From contig CAZWAV010000001.1 in assembly GCA_964631935.1 (NCBI GenBank), forward strand, positions 4,979-68,978: a stretch of 64,000 nucleotides of DNA, written 5' to 3'. Within the stretch, counting starts at the first letter, position 1, and every line of letters begins with the position of its first letter. Shown here in pieces: positions 46,666-57,478 of the stretch. A program made the translations under genes and the position numbers. The DNA is from an uncultured Candidatus Saccharibacteria bacterium (GTDB lineage: Bacteria > Patescibacteriota > Minisyncoccia > Phycocordibacterales > UBA9973). The notes below the pieces were generated by a model that saw nothing but the letters and a program-made list of their open reading frames with translations, ran no database searches and had not been told where the DNA came from.

Positions 46666-47601
46666 TTATTTATTTTTATGGAGCCAGATATAAGCATCCT
46701 CTAGAGCTTTAACAGCATCACCACTTGCGATATTGTTCTGGTGGTATCTACCATTTGTACAGTCGCCGGCAGCCCAGATACCTTGCTCTGAAGTCATCTG
46801 AGTCATAGGGTCTACGACAATCTTGTTGAACTCATCTATAGTCACGACCCCTCTCATGAATTCTGTGTTCGGGATTTGGCCTACTTCTACAAATATTCCT
46901 GTTGTAGGTATTGTATGTTCTTCACCTGTGATTTTATCTTTGTAAGTAAGTGAATTTACAAATTGATCACCATCTACTCTTAGAATATCTGCATTAGTTA
47001 TGGCTTTAAATTTCGGGTTCTCTAATATTTTCTTAACAGTTATTTCATCAGCTCGGAATTCAGCGCTCCGGTGAACCATAGTGACACTTTTACAATATGC
47101 GAGTAGTTGTGCGGCCGTCTCGAATCCTGCATTACCTCCACCAATGACTAAGACATCTTGATCGGCGAATAGTGGTCCATCACAAGACGCACAGTAGGTG
47201 ATACCTTTGTGTTCAAATTTGTCTGCATTTAGAGCTTCGAGCTTTCGTCTACTACTACCAGTAGCAACAAGCAGACCTCTTGATTCGTAAGTCTTACCAG
47301 ACTCAGTTGTGATTGTAATAATCATGCCATCTTTTTTAACAGCAGTGACTTTTTCACCTTCAATGATGTCTAAATATTGACCTTTATAGTAGAGAATATG
47401 TTTCTTTAAGTTTTCGCCAAGATCTGCACCCTTTATCTCAGGAGTACCGATCCAGTTATATATAAGCTCAGATACTATAGATTGGCCACCGAACTCTCCT
47501 GTAATTATGGCAGTTTTAAGTTGTTTGCGTGCAGAATACACAGCCGCTGCCGCGCCTGCTGGTCCTCCACCAATAATAATTAAATCATACATAAGTACCA
47601 T
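46666..47601 (-). CDS. trxB: Thioredoxin-disulfide reductase
   Basis: GGGPAGAAAAVY FAD site and redox-active CASC. Confidence 0.85.
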   Translation of the reverse strand: MVLMYDLIIIGGGPAGAAAAVYSARKQLKTAIITGEFGGQSIVSELIYNWIGTPEIKGADLGENLKKHILYYKGQYLDIIEGEKVTAVKKDGMIITITTESGKTYESRGLLVATGSSRRKLEALNADKFEHKGITYCASCDGPLFADQDVLVIGGGNAGFETAAQLLAYCKSVTMVHRSAEFRADEITVKKILENPKFKAITNADILRVDGDQFVNSLTYKDKITGEEHTIPTTGIFVEVGQIPNTEFMRGVVTIDEFNKIVVDPMTQMTSEQGIWAAGDCTNGRYHQNNIASGDAVKALEDAYIWLHKNK

Positions 47602-47623
47602 TATAACATATGTGTCTAGTATT

Positions 47624-47660
47624 AAAAAAACCGAGACCTTTTTAATTGTCTCGGTTTTCT
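47624..47660 (-). terminator. Terminator downstream of ftsZ
   Basis: AACCGAGAC...GTCTCGGTT with flanking A/T runs. Confidence 0.7.
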
Positions 47661-47666
47661 TAATAA

Positions 47667-48842
47667 CTATTTCTTTCTTCTTAAGAATGCTGGGACAGTA
47701 CTCCAGTCATCTGTATCATCTATAAATAAATCATTTTCTTTAGGCTCGTTCTTCTTTACATACTCAGTCGCACCATTTTTTACTGTTTCTTTATTTACGG
47801 CCTGAACTATCTCTTCTTTCGTGGCTGTAGCTATTGTTGGCTCTCCAACTCTTTGGCTACTTTGAAAAAGAGAACGGCGAGGAATATCAGTAGGGAATCC
47901 AGTAGCGATAACAGTGACTTTCATTTCACCCTTCTTTAGCTTCTCATCGCGAATTGTACCAAATATTACTTTTGCTTCTTTGTCTATTGATTCTGTGATT
48001 ACCTTTGCTGCCTCGCTAATTTCATGGATTGTAAGATCGTCTCCACCTGAAATTGCAAAGAGTACTCCCTTTGCTCCTGAGATTGAAAGATCAAGAAGAG
48101 GAGAGTTAATAGCAGCAAGGGCTGCTTTCTCTGCACGGCCTTCACCAGCAGCGATACCTACACCCATGAGCGCACTTCCCGCATCATGCATAACAGCTCT
48201 AATGTCAGCGAAGTCTACGTTAACCATACCTGGAGTAGTGATTAGCTCAGAAATACCTTCGACAGCTTGCTTGAGGACTTCATCACACATTGAGAAAGCT
48301 TGTCTGAATCCAACTTCCTTACCAGAAATGATTATAAGACGATCATTTGGAATTACTAGAATTGCATCAACTTCTTGTTCAAGAAGAGCTAGGCCTTCTT
48401 CGGCAAGCTTCATGCGTTGATTACCTTCAAATGAGAATGGTTTTGTAACGATAGCGACAGTAAGTATACCTTGCTCTTTTGCTGCTTGAGCAACAATTGG
48501 AGCTGCTCCTGTGCCTGTACCTCCGCCCATACCACAAGCAATGAAAACCATGTCAGCGCCTTTGATGACATCTTGTATTTCTGCTTTTGTTTCTTCAGCT
48601 GCACGCTTACCAATTTCTGGATTCATGCCGGCACCTAGACCTTTTGTGAGATTTTTACCCAAGTGAACCTTCTTTTCTGCAAGAGAGTTGTGTAAGTCTT
48701 GAGTATCTGTGTTCATAACGATGAACTCCACCCCTCGCACTTTGGAGCTTATCATGTGATTGAGAGCATTTTTTCCTGAACCACCTATACCGATGACTTT
48801 AATTCGGGCGAATGATTCGATTTCAGGGTTAATTTTAGGCAT
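47667..48842 (-). CDS. ftsZ: Cell division GTPase FtsZ
   Basis: [13 protein letters not shown] tubulin signature. Confidence 0.95.
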   Translation of the reverse strand: MPKINPEIESFARIKVIGIGGSGKNALNHMISSKVRGVEFIVMNTDTQDLHNSLAEKKVHLGKNLTKGLGAGMNPEIGKRAAEETKAEIQDVIKGADMVFIACGMGGGTGTGAAPIVAQAAKEQGILTVAIVTKPFSFEGNQRMKLAEEGLALLEQEVDAILVIPNDRLIIISGKEVGFRQAFSMCDEVLKQAVEGISELITTPGMVNVDFADIRAVMHDAGSALMGVGIAAGEGRAEKAALAAINSPLLDLSISGAKGVLFAISGGDDLTIHEISEAAKVITESIDKEAKVIFGTIRDEKLKKGEMKVTVIATGFPTDIPRRSLFQSSQRVGEPTIATATKEEIVQAVNKETVKNGATEYVKKNEPKENDLFIDDTDDWSTVPAFLRRKK

Positions 48843-48936
48843 ATATTATATATAGAAATCTAGGGTTATTAATAAATCTGCGTACCTACATAATAGCAGA
48901 TATTTAATAAAAGCAAATGTTTGACAAAGCTATATT

Positions 48937-50112
48937 TTATGGCAAAAGTTGAGACAAAAGTGATTTGAAAAATCCTTTTACTTGCTTAACATTGTCTCCA
49001 ATGCCGATATTTATATTACTATTTGAATTTCCGTCACCAGAAGAAAGGGCTAAGCCAAAAGCTGTATACCAAGATGAGTCGCGAATCTTTAATTTATTAT
49101 TTATTGTGCTATCCACTGGACCCGTACGACAAGGAAGTTTTAATTCTCTCTTTGCTATGTCTTCGATGTTTGCAACATGTGAGCCACCACCAGTAATAAT
49201 AATACCAGCTGGTAATAATTCATTACGACGAAGTCTCTTTAGATGATTACTGACAAGCTCAAAGATATCAGAAAGGCGAGCCTCAATAATCTCATCTATT
49301 TTTTTCTTTGGATAGTCTCCGCCAATGACAGAGCCCAACTTTATACTCTCAGCTTCTTCAAGGGCGATACGGAATCCAAGAGCAACGTCCTTTGTAATGT
49401 CCATACTACCAATCGAGAATACTTGCATGGACATCAGTAGATTGTTCTCAAAGACTGCAATGGAAACTGTTTCGGCTCCGATATCAAGTAAGGCACAGCC
49501 CGCAGCTTTTTGCTTTACCCCTAAGAGTATTAGAGAGCTTGCAAGAGGGGATGCGATGACGTCTTGAGCTTCAATGTCAGCTAAAGCGAGCGCTGTAATA
49601 AGATCTTCTATGTTTTGCTTTAGGCATGTTATAAAAAGAGTCTTTACTTCAAGCTTCACACCCTTCATACCTTCTGGTCGCGCGTGGAGATCCTTACCAT
49701 CGAGCTTGTAACCGACAGGAATGATATGAATTATTTTCTTATTTAAAATTTCTAAGTTTTCTTCGCTATCAGCAAGAGCTTTAGAAATATCGAGCTGGGT
49801 CACTTCTTGATCAGCACGAGAAATAATAACTGAACCAGTCGATACTGTAGACCCGAGGCTTATACCACCGATAGATATATAGGCGCGTTTGATCTTTGAA
49901 CCTAATGTCTTCTCGGCTTGTTTTACTGCCTCTTTAATACTTTTTGAAACGTGTTCAGTATTTGTAATATAACCGAGGCGCATGCCCGCTGTTTGCGATT
50001 GGCCTGTAGCAATAGTATATGGTGAATCGTCTTCTTTATTGTAACCAACTACAACCACGCGAGTTGTATGCGTGCCTACATCAATACCACAAGTGTAATT
50101 AGTTTTAGCCAT
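48937..50112 (-). CDS. ftsA: Cell division protein FtsA
   Basis: Actin-fold N-terminus CGIDVGTHTTRVVVVGY. Adjacent to ftsZ. Confidence 0.9.
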   Translation of the reverse strand: MAKTNYTCGIDVGTHTTRVVVVGYNKEDDSPYTIATGQSQTAGMRLGYITNTEHVSKSIKEAVKQAEKTLGSKIKRAYISIGGISLGSTVSTGSVIISRADQEVTQLDISKALADSEENLEILNKKIIHIIPVGYKLDGKDLHARPEGMKGVKLEVKTLFITCLKQNIEDLITALALADIEAQDVIASPLASSLILLGVKQKAAGCALLDIGAETVSIAVFENNLLMSMQVFSIGSMDITKDVALGFRIALEEAESIKLGSVIGGDYPKKKIDEIIEARLSDIFELVSNHLKRLRRNELLPAGIIITGGGSHVANIEDIAKRELKLPCRTGPVDSTINNKLKIRDSSWYTAFGLALSSGDGNSNSNINIGIGDNVKQVKGFFKSLLSQLLP

Positions 50113-50132
50113 TGGGAGTTTTATGAAGGGGA

Positions 50133-50519
50133 TTACTGAAATATCTTGAGATACTTCTTCTCTTCTCTCTCCATTGTACTACTATGTTCGAAACCTTTCA
50201 AATGTAGGCATCCGTGGATAAATAAATATTTTAGGAATTTTGGATATGTCATATCAAAAAGTGGTGCGTCGCTTTTTACTTTAGTAGCATCAAAAGTAAT
50301 TTCTCCAGAATTTTGAGATAAAGAAAAAGAAAGTACATTTGTCGTACTATCTTTACCTCGGTAAAGTTTGTTTATTTTCTTCTGCTCTACTTTAGATAAG
50401 AAGCTAACCGATAGATCGTATGTAGGTCCTAAAATTTTGTCTTTCATAGATGCAAAAGGCAAGCGTGGAAGCTTGCCTTTTGTCTTGTTTGTTATGTTGC
50501 AAAGATTTGAACCTTCCAT
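50133..50519 (-). CDS. ybeY: rRNA maturation endoribonuclease YbeY
   Basis: HGCLHLKGFEH zinc-binding motif. Confidence 0.85.
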   Translation of the reverse strand: MEGSNLCNITNKTKGKLPRLPFASMKDKILGPTYDLSVSFLSKVEQKKINKLYRGKDSTTNVLSFSLSQNSGEITFDATKVKSDAPLFDMTYPKFLKYLFIHGCLHLKGFEHSSTMEREEKKYLKIFQ

Positions 50520-50522
50520 ATC

Positions 50523-50771
50523 TTAACGACGTCCTCGCTTTACTACTTCTTGTGCTTTACCCATTTTCAAAAGTTTCTCATGATTCTTTCGGCGAGTGAT
50601 ACGCTTGAGAGTAGCGTGCTTTGTTTTAAGTTTTGATAGAGGGCGCTCATTGTAACGCTTACTCTTTACCTTCTGGATGATTCCAGACTCCTGAACCTTG
50701 CGTGAAAAACGACGAACTAGGTTCATATTGCTTTCGTTTGTATTTTTCTTGACCTCGATGACTGTTATCAT
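50523..50771 (-). CDS. rpsU: 30S ribosomal protein S21
   Basis: IEVKKNTNESNMNLVRRFSRKVQESGII...KRYNERP matches the S21 family pattern. Confidence 0.75.
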   Translation of the reverse strand: MITVIEVKKNTNESNMNLVRRFSRKVQESGIIQKVKSKRYNERPLSKLKTKHATLKRITRRKNHEKLLKMGKAQEVVKRGRR

Positions 50772-50825
50772 ATGTAGGGCTTATAGTATCATATCTTTTG
50801 ATTAGAGGCAAGAAGTCGGAATATA

Positions 50826-50868
50826 AAATAAAAAATAGCCCACTTCGCTTTACGCTAGGTGGACTATT
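50826..50868 (-). terminator. Terminator downstream of the LysM gene
   Basis: Imperfect 15-bp hairpin followed by a T-run on the minus strand. Confidence 0.55.
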
Positions 50869-50896
50869 TGCGATCTACATGAAAATTACTTAATTA

Positions 50897-51949
50897 CTAA
50901 GCAGTTTTTTCTTCAATTGCCAGTATGTCTTTGGCATGACCATTTGCAGAGAATGATATTGGTGTGGCTGAAAAGAACATCTCAACCTTAACATTATCTA
51001 TACCTGTTATTGTCATTTTTCCGCTTCCTTTGGTTTCCAGAACTTTTGCCATAGCATTTACCATTTGTAGCATTGTCGGTTCTGTTAATTTGGGGTCAGC
51101 TTTTTTCTCTTCAGTAGTTGTTGGCTGTGGCCTTAATACTGGAGCTGTAGCATCTGCAATGAATTGAATGTTTTGACCGGTAAAATAATTACCCATCCTA
51201 ACATCATTCCCACATCCCTGAAGGAAATAAACATATTGGTCAGTGCCGTTTATGTTTACTATGCCACGATAAGCAGATTGGTTTGTAAATGTTCTCCTTT
51301 GTGGAGTCACATTACCAGCATAGAATACTTCCAGGTTATTACCACTCAGCATTCCTCTTTGTACTTCACGTACTTGAAGGTTTGGATTGTTGAATTGCCT
51401 GTTAGCAACTTCGTTTGTATAAGCAAATGCATTTTCATCTGTTAAACCATTCCGTCTCATTGCTGGTCCTGATGTTACCGGGTCTTTTTTTGCTTCATCT
51501 GATTTCTTTTTTAATCCTTGCCTAACAGCAAAGAAAAGAGCGATAAGTGCAAGAGAGATCAAAATAAGTAAAACCATTCCAGGGCTCATGATTAGTGCCC
51601 CTTCTGAAATAGGTGGTGGAATTTTTTTTGCTTCTGCGTCTGCGGGGGTTTGATCTTTAGGAAATTGAATTACCGGGCCATGTGCATTTATTAAGGCAGA
51701 AATTTTACTTTTCAAAATTTTCCATTGGCTATCACCGTTTTCTACGGTAATAATTTTTTGTGTACCATCCTGAAATAGGAAGGTTAAAGTCTGGCCAATC
51801 TGAATCTTGTTGGGATCAATAATCCCGTTACTTAAATTTGCTTCCTTGCTTTTGTTGATGGTATTTGCAATTTCAGCGGGGGAAAGTTCCTGGCATATTG
51901 AAGCCAGAGTGATGCATACAGCAAGTATGCTTAACATTACTTTTTTCAT
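50897..51949 (-). CDS. LysM-domain membrane protein
   Basis: Signal peptide plus LysM (…DPNKIQIGQTL…). Mid-protein TM helix followed by a C-terminal domain. Confidence 0.55.
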   Translation of the reverse strand: MKKVMLSILAVCITLASICQELSPAEIANTINKSKEANLSNGIIDPNKIQIGQTLTFLFQDGTQKIITVENGDSQWKILKSKISALINAHGPVIQFPKDQTPADAEAKKIPPPISEGALIMSPGMVLLILISLALIALFFAVRQGLKKKSDEAKKDPVTSGPAMRRNGLTDENAFAYTNEVANRQFNNPNLQVREVQRGMLSGNNLEVFYAGNVTPQRRTFTNQSAYRGIVNINGTDQYVYFLQGCGNDVRMGNYFTGQNIQFIADATAPVLRPQPTTTEEKKADPKLTEPTMLQMVNAMAKVLETKGSGKMTITGIDNVKVEMFFSATPISFSANGHAKDILAIEEKTA

Positions 51950-52103
51950 GTTTTGTTTTGTTTTAAATGAAGAATTATTGATTAGTGAGCTCTTGATGAC
52001 TCATATTGATATAAGTCTAAAAGGGCGCACTAATCTGTTTAGGGGTATTCTAGCATAAAACACTTGACTTGTCAAGTAAGAATAGGTTTATAATACTAAG
52101 CTT

Positions 52104-54056
52104 TTAAAGCAAATCCTCTGGGTCTACGTTTATAGAGAACGATGGAGGAAGCGAGAATAATATCTCAGCGAGATTTGAAGGCACAGGTTCTTTGTCTGTT
52201 GTTGGAAGTTGCCAAAGGCTCGGATTAACCTTTATGACTGTATTTGTTATGTATTGGCCTTTGACTTTACCAATAAATGCTGAAAATATTTGAGGCTCAT
52301 AGGCGCTTAGTGTGTGATCCAAATATCTACGAGCCTTATCTGTCTCGGCGGCAGTACCCGTGAATGTGATTTTTATTAATCGCTTGAATGGTGGATAGCC
52401 GAATGCTTTACGTTCTTTTAAGTCTTCTCTATATAGAGGTAGAACATTACCACTTAAAATATATTGGAGGATTTGATTTTCAGGAAGCCGGGTTTGAATT
52501 ACTAAGTTACGAGTAGTTATAGAATGTAATTTCTCAATGATGTGTAAAATTTTCTGTGTAATATTGAAGCTTGGTATTGAAAGTAAACCATCAAGAGAAA
52601 TAATTGCACTATGAGTGACTTCGCTATGAAGATATGAGAATGCCATTTCTGTACCAATTAGGATACTACCTGGCTTTTTAGAAAATGAATTAATAGCAAG
52701 TCTGGCTTCCTTGTCTGTTGGAGTCGACTCCTTATCTATTTGTACAATATGAGCTTTAGGAAATAAATCTTTTACTTCTTCGTAGACCCTGTCTGTACCT
52801 ATGCCAAGTGGAGTCAGATTCCAACTATGGCATTCTGGGCATTTGATTTCAGTGGATTCTTTGCGTCCGCATTTATTACACATAAAGATTCTTGTCTGTG
52901 CGATCTTTGTTGCATTGCGCTGCTTCGCCCCATAGAGAACCATAGGGGCTGAACATGTCGGACAAAGCAGTGTATGTCCACAATCGTGACATACAGTAAC
53001 TCCCGCCAGGCCTTTTCTTATAGAGAATAAAAATATTGATTCATCGTGAGAGATAGCGTACTCGATCATTTTCTTTGTTTTGTCTGAGAGGACTGTAAAT
53101 TTCTTTGAACCTTTTTCGTCTAACTCTTCTTTCATATCTACAACCATTTGGCGCTCGGCTTTTGGAAGCCTGAAATGTGGCGCATGAATTTCCCCGAGAA
53201 TACCTTCCTCGTGTCTATTTAGAGTATCAGGGCGAAGCAATGTGTCACCAAAGATTAATTTTGATTTTTGTATTGAAGAGAGAACTTCTATAAAACTACG
53301 AACATCGAGATAAGGTTTCCTTAATTGCTTATACGAATCTGAGCTCTCATGCTCAAGGATTATAGTTTTGGTGTCGGGTCGAGGAATTGATAAGAACATG
53401 CCAGTGCCTATGATAAGTACTGGGTGCTCTGTGTTAATGACACTATTGTAATTACTGATCAATGCCTTCTTGGTCATGTCTCCATGAAAAGCGAATGCAT
53501 ACTGATCAATACCTTTACTAAGAGCATTTTTCCATTCCTCTATATCGTAACGAGTGGGGACACAGATAAAGACTGATTGCTTTTTGGCGAATGCTTCGCG
53601 GATGAGCGTACGATAGAAAGCTATACGATCAGGAATAAGTGCTTGGAAAATTAATTTTTCATGTTTTATATTTTCTATTTTTTCTGAGGCTTCTATTTCC
53701 TTTGATTCTTTGAGTTCTCGTATATTGTCTAGAAACACAGAAGGCAACATTGCGCTGATGATATTACCAGTCGAGCTAACTGCGTAATCTTTCATACGAG
53801 AGCATGCAATAAAAAATTCTTTTGTGAAAGGGGAGGCACCTTTTATTCCAATAATTTTTTTTAGTTGATATTCAGCTTTTTTTAGATCAGACTTTCGAGA
53901 TCGCGCATCTTCTATGTTTATGACAATAGCGTCAGCCGTCTTGGACCTTATGGGTATAGTAACAATAGTGCCTAGTGGTATATCAGATGCTGAGAAATAT
54001 GATAGATACTCCTTTTGCAGGCCTTTCTTTATAGGGGTGACAGTAGCTATATACAT
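52104..54056 (-). CDS. priA: Primosomal protein N' (PriA) homolog, Walker A apparently degenerate
   Basis: N-terminal 3'BD-like region. Cys4 zinc fingers (CHDCGHTLLCPTC...CNKCG...CPECH). ILEHESSDSYKQ corresponds to the DEEH box. No GxxGxGKT was found at the expected position (QALIPDRIAFY). Confidence 0.75.
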   Translation of the reverse strand: MYIATVTPIKKGLQKEYLSYFSASDIPLGTIVTIPIRSKTADAIVINIEDARSRKSDLKKAEYQLKKIIGIKGASPFTKEFFIACSRMKDYAVSSTGNIISAMLPSVFLDNIRELKESKEIEASEKIENIKHEKLIFQALIPDRIAFYRTLIREAFAKKQSVFICVPTRYDIEEWKNALSKGIDQYAFAFHGDMTKKALISNYNSVINTEHPVLIIGTGMFLSIPRPDTKTIILEHESSDSYKQLRKPYLDVRSFIEVLSSIQKSKLIFGDTLLRPDTLNRHEEGILGEIHAPHFRLPKAERQMVVDMKEELDEKGSKKFTVLSDKTKKMIEYAISHDESIFLFSIRKGLAGVTVCHDCGHTLLCPTCSAPMVLYGAKQRNATKIAQTRIFMCNKCGRKESTEIKCPECHSWNLTPLGIGTDRVYEEVKDLFPKAHIVQIDKESTPTDKEARLAINSFSKKPGSILIGTEMAFSYLHSEVTHSAIISLDGLLSIPSFNITQKILHIIEKLHSITTRNLVIQTRLPENQILQYILSGNVLPLYREDLKERKAFGYPPFKRLIKITFTGTAAETDKARRYLDHTLSAYEPQIFSAFIGKVKGQYITNTVIKVNPSLWQLPTTDKEPVPSNLAEILFSLPPSFSINVDPEDLL

Positions 54057-54101
54057 ACCTTTATCCTAGCACAACTTCTGTGCTATAGTAGCTCTATATA
54101 T

Positions 54102-55115
54102 ATGGCTATATTTTCTAAAAAATTGGGTATTGATTTGGGCACAGCCAATACCCTAGTATATCTTCCTGGTAAGGGCATTATTCTAAATGAACCTTCTGTT
54201 GTTGCTGTTTCGGAACAGGACAATACTATTTTAGCTATTGGCATCGAAGCAAAAGAAATGATTGGTAAAACTCCAGAGAGTATTGTAGTTTACCGCCCAA
54301 TGAAAGATGGAGTGATCGCAGACTATAGAGTAACTGAAGCAATGCTTAGGTATTTTATTTCAAAGGCGCTTGGTAAATATAATTTATTCAAACCAGATGT
54401 AATGGTCTCAGTTCCTGCAGGTATTACTTCGACAGAGCGACGTGCAGTTGTAGAGGCAGCTGTGCGCGCCGGAGCAAAAAATGCATACGTAGTGAAAGAA
54501 CCAATCCTTGCTGCTATCGGTGCGGGAATTCCTATTCATGAATCGAAAGGCCACATGGTTATGGATATCGGTGGAGGTACAACAGACATAGCAGTTATTT
54601 CACTTGGAGGAATCGTATCTTCGACTTCAGTAAAATGTGCTGGCGATAAAATTGATCAAGCCATCGCTGACTATATAAAGAAGACATTCAATCTTGCTAT
54701 CGGAGATAAAACGGCCGAAGCGATAAAGGTGAAGATAGGCGCAGCCGTGCCACTTGAAGAAGAGCTTACTATCACTATTAAAGGGCGTGACTTTATCCAA
54801 GGACTTCCACGTACTGCACAAATTTCTACAAATGAAGTTGTACGAGCAATTGATAAAGAATTACGCACAATGATAAGTGCAATTAAGGATGTGCTATCGC
54901 TTACCCCACCAGAACTCGCTGCTGATATTATTGATGATGGTATAATCATGACAGGTGGATCATCTCAACTTAGGAACCTGTCTGATCTTATATATCGACG
55001 TACTGGAGTCAAAGCTTATGTTGCCGATGAGCCACTACTATGTGTTGCCAAAGGTACAGGTGAAGCACTAAATCATTTAGAAACTTATAAAAAAACAATT
55101 TTAAGCAAACGATAA
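54102..55115 (+). CDS. mreB: Rod shape-determining protein MreB
   Basis: LGIDLGTANTLVY actin-fold start. Start set at MAIFSKK. Confidence 0.9.
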   Translation: MAIFSKKLGIDLGTANTLVYLPGKGIILNEPSVVAVSEQDNTILAIGIEAKEMIGKTPESIVVYRPMKDGVIADYRVTEAMLRYFISKALGKYNLFKPDVMVSVPAGITSTERRAVVEAAVRAGAKNAYVVKEPILAAIGAGIPIHESKGHMVMDIGGGTTDIAVISLGGIVSSTSVKCAGDKIDQAIADYIKKTFNLAIGDKTAEAIKVKIGAAVPLEEELTITIKGRDFIQGLPRTAQISTNEVVRAIDKELRTMISAIKDVLSLTPPELAADIIDDGIIMTGGSSQLRNLSDLIYRRTGVKAYVADEPLLCVAKGTGEALNHLETYKKTILSKR

Positions 55116-55116
55116 T

Positions 55117-56226
55117 ATGCGCCATATCAAATCTCTCTCTAAAAGAATTGCACTTATTCTTTTTTGCTGTTTTGCGGCCATAGGTGTAGTCTTCTCTGGA
55201 GTTTATGTGGCTATGCGATTTCACCTAACTGACGTTGCTGGTAGTATAGATTCTCGCAATGCTTTCTTTAATATAAAAAATAAAGGACTCTCAGGTATAT
55301 CTAGTATTTATGCAAATAGTTCTAAACCAGGAGTTCTAAGCCCTGTCGCAGAATGTCAGATAATGGCTATTTCCTCAGTCCTACCAGACAATGGGAAAGT
55401 AATACTAGATACCTATACAGCTACTAAGTCACCGATAATTGTAGAGAAAATGATACGTGCGGTAGATATTGTGACAAACAACAATTCGTTCCTTCAAGAT
55501 AGAATGAAGAAATGTAATGTTTTTACAAACACACTTGCAAGTGTAGGTAATATAACAGCCTCTAATCAGACAATATTTGCATGGGTTATGTCTCCTGAGT
55601 GGGCTGCTCTACGCGATGCATTGATAAAAGATAAAGATATAATACAAAAGGCAAGTATGGACTCTGGTGTGCCTGCTCGTACTATAGTGTCGAGTGTTAT
55701 TTCAGAACAATTTAGATTCTTTACTGCTAATCGTGAATCTTTCAAGAAATATTTTGAACCTTTAAAAATTCTTGGCAATGGAACAAAATTCTCATATGGT
55801 GTAGCTGGTGTAAAAGCTGAGACCGCAGAAGCTATTGAAAATAATTTAAAAAATTCTACAAGTCCTTTCTATCTTGGTTCTGATTATGAAAATATTTTTA
55901 CTTATAGTACTGAAGATGTGGCTAACGAAAGATTAATGAGGTTAACTGATCCAAAGAATCACTACTATTCATATTTCTATACTGGAATATTCCTGAAAGA
56001 GATTATGCACCAGTGGGAAGTTGCTGGTTATCCGATATCAGATCGTCCTGAAGTGCTGGCTACACTATTTAATCTAGGTTTTAATAAATCTGTACCAAAA
56101 GAAAACCCTGAAGTAGGAGGATCTACTATTACGATAAATGATCGTGACTATACTTTCGGAGGTTTATCTTATGAATTCTATTATTCTGGTGAGCTTTCTG
56201 ATATTTTTCCAATTGGAGTAGAATAA
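55117..56226 (+). CDS. Membrane-anchored hypothetical protein (occupies the mreC position after mreB but is not MreC-like)
   Basis: N-terminal TM. No recognisable motifs. Confidence 0.4.
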   Translation: MRHIKSLSKRIALILFCCFAAIGVVFSGVYVAMRFHLTDVAGSIDSRNAFFNIKNKGLSGISSIYANSSKPGVLSPVAECQIMAISSVLPDNGKVILDTYTATKSPIIVEKMIRAVDIVTNNNSFLQDRMKKCNVFTNTLASVGNITASNQTIFAWVMSPEWAALRDALIKDKDIIQKASMDSGVPARTIVSSVISEQFRFFTANRESFKKYFEPLKILGNGTKFSYGVAGVKAETAEAIENNLKNSTSPFYLGSDYENIFTYSTEDVANERLMRLTDPKNHYYSYFYTGIFLKEIMHQWEVAGYPISDRPEVLATLFNLGFNKSVPKENPEVGGSTITINDRDYTFGGLSYEFYYSGELSDIFPIGVE

Positions 56227-56230
56227 ATAC

Positions 56231-56929
56231 ATGAGCTTTATAAAAGATTTATTCCCTGAGAATCTGTACCATAGCTATATAGTAGAAGGTGATCCAGACA
56301 CTACTGTCTTTCCTTTGCGAGAAGCATTAGAAGATAGGGGAGATATTGAAGCAAGAAGTGCTGATGTGCTTTGTCAGATATATGATTCATTCACTATAGA
56401 TGATAGTAAAAAAATAAAAGAATGGCATAGCGAAAAGGCTATAGAGGGTACGAAGAGAGTTTGTATTATTGGAGCCAAGTTTATTAACCATGACGCAGAG
56501 AGGACTTTGCTTAAAATGATTGAAGAGCCCAAGGAAGGCACACATTTCTTTATTGTTGTACCGAATTCACTTGTGTTGCTCGATACTATACTATCCAGAG
56601 CTCATGTAATTAGAGTAGACGAAGTATCTAATCCTCTTTTTAAAAAGAGTACTGAAGAATTTTTTAAATCAAAGCCTAAAGATAGGATTGAATTAGTGGC
56701 AGAAATTATAGAAGAGCATAAAGATAGTGTCGGGAGTGGTGGCTTGAGGTTTAGTGCAATAAGACTTGTAAATGATCTTGAAAAAATAGTGTACGAACAA
56801 TTTAAAAATGATAAAAATAATCCAGAAATTAAATTTAAATTAGGGGAGTTGGCTAAAGCTCGAGACTATCTATCTCTTCCAGGTGCGTCGGTGAAGATGA
56901 TTTTAGAACATATTTCCCTTGTGCTATAA
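56231..56929 (+). CDS. holB: DNA polymerase III delta' (clamp-loader) -like protein without P-loop
   Basis: LLKMIEEPKEGTHFFIVVPNSLVLLDTILSRAHV matches the LKxLEEPP / SRC clamp-loader motifs. Confidence 0.55.
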   Translation: MSFIKDLFPENLYHSYIVEGDPDTTVFPLREALEDRGDIEARSADVLCQIYDSFTIDDSKKIKEWHSEKAIEGTKRVCIIGAKFINHDAERTLLKMIEEPKEGTHFFIVVPNSLVLLDTILSRAHVIRVDEVSNPLFKKSTEEFFKSKPKDRIELVAEIIEEHKDSVGSGGLRFSAIRLVNDLEKIVYEQFKNDKNNPEIKFKLGELAKARDYLSLPGASVKMILEHISLVL

Positions 56930-56938
56930 TAAAAACCT

Positions 56939-57475
56939 ATGGCTTACAATACGAATGATTTCAAAACAAAATTAAAAAAAGTTGAGGAATGGCTCTCAAA
57001 AGAATATTCTCAGGTGCACACAGGGCGCGCTACTCCTATGGTGCTAGATAGTGTCATGGTGGAAAGCTATGGTTCCCACATGCCTATCAAGAACGTGGCT
57101 GGCGTATCTATAGAAGATCCAAAGACTCTTCGTGTCGCTCCGTGGGATAAGAATCAAATAAAAGATATAGAGACAGCGATTATGGCAGCGAATCTCGGGC
57201 TTTCTGTAGTGTCTGATAGTGATGGAGTAAGAGTTATCTTCCCAATGCTTACTACCGAGAATAGAGCGAAGCTCGCAAAGATACTGAAAGAAAAGCTTGA
57301 GGATGCTCGTATAAGTGTCCGCCAAGAGCGAGGTGATGAGATGAGTAAACTAGAAGACCTAAGTGAAGATGAGAAAAAGCGCGCAAAAGATGACGTCCAA
57401 AAATGTGTAGATGAATCAAATCAAAACCTCGAAGCAATATTTGCTAAAAAGGAAGCAGAGGTAATGAATCAATAA
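56939..57475 (+). CDS. frr: Ribosome recycling factor
   Basis: Full-length RRF pattern (…SVMVESYGSHMPIKNVAGVSIEDPKTLRVAPWDK…). Confidence 0.9.
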   Translation: MAYNTNDFKTKLKKVEEWLSKEYSQVHTGRATPMVLDSVMVESYGSHMPIKNVAGVSIEDPKTLRVAPWDKNQIKDIETAIMAANLGLSVVSDSDGVRVIFPMLTTENRAKLAKILKEKLEDARISVRQERGDEMSKLEDLSEDEKKRAKDDVQKCVDESNQNLEAIFAKKEAEVMNQ

Positions 57476-57478
57476 AAT

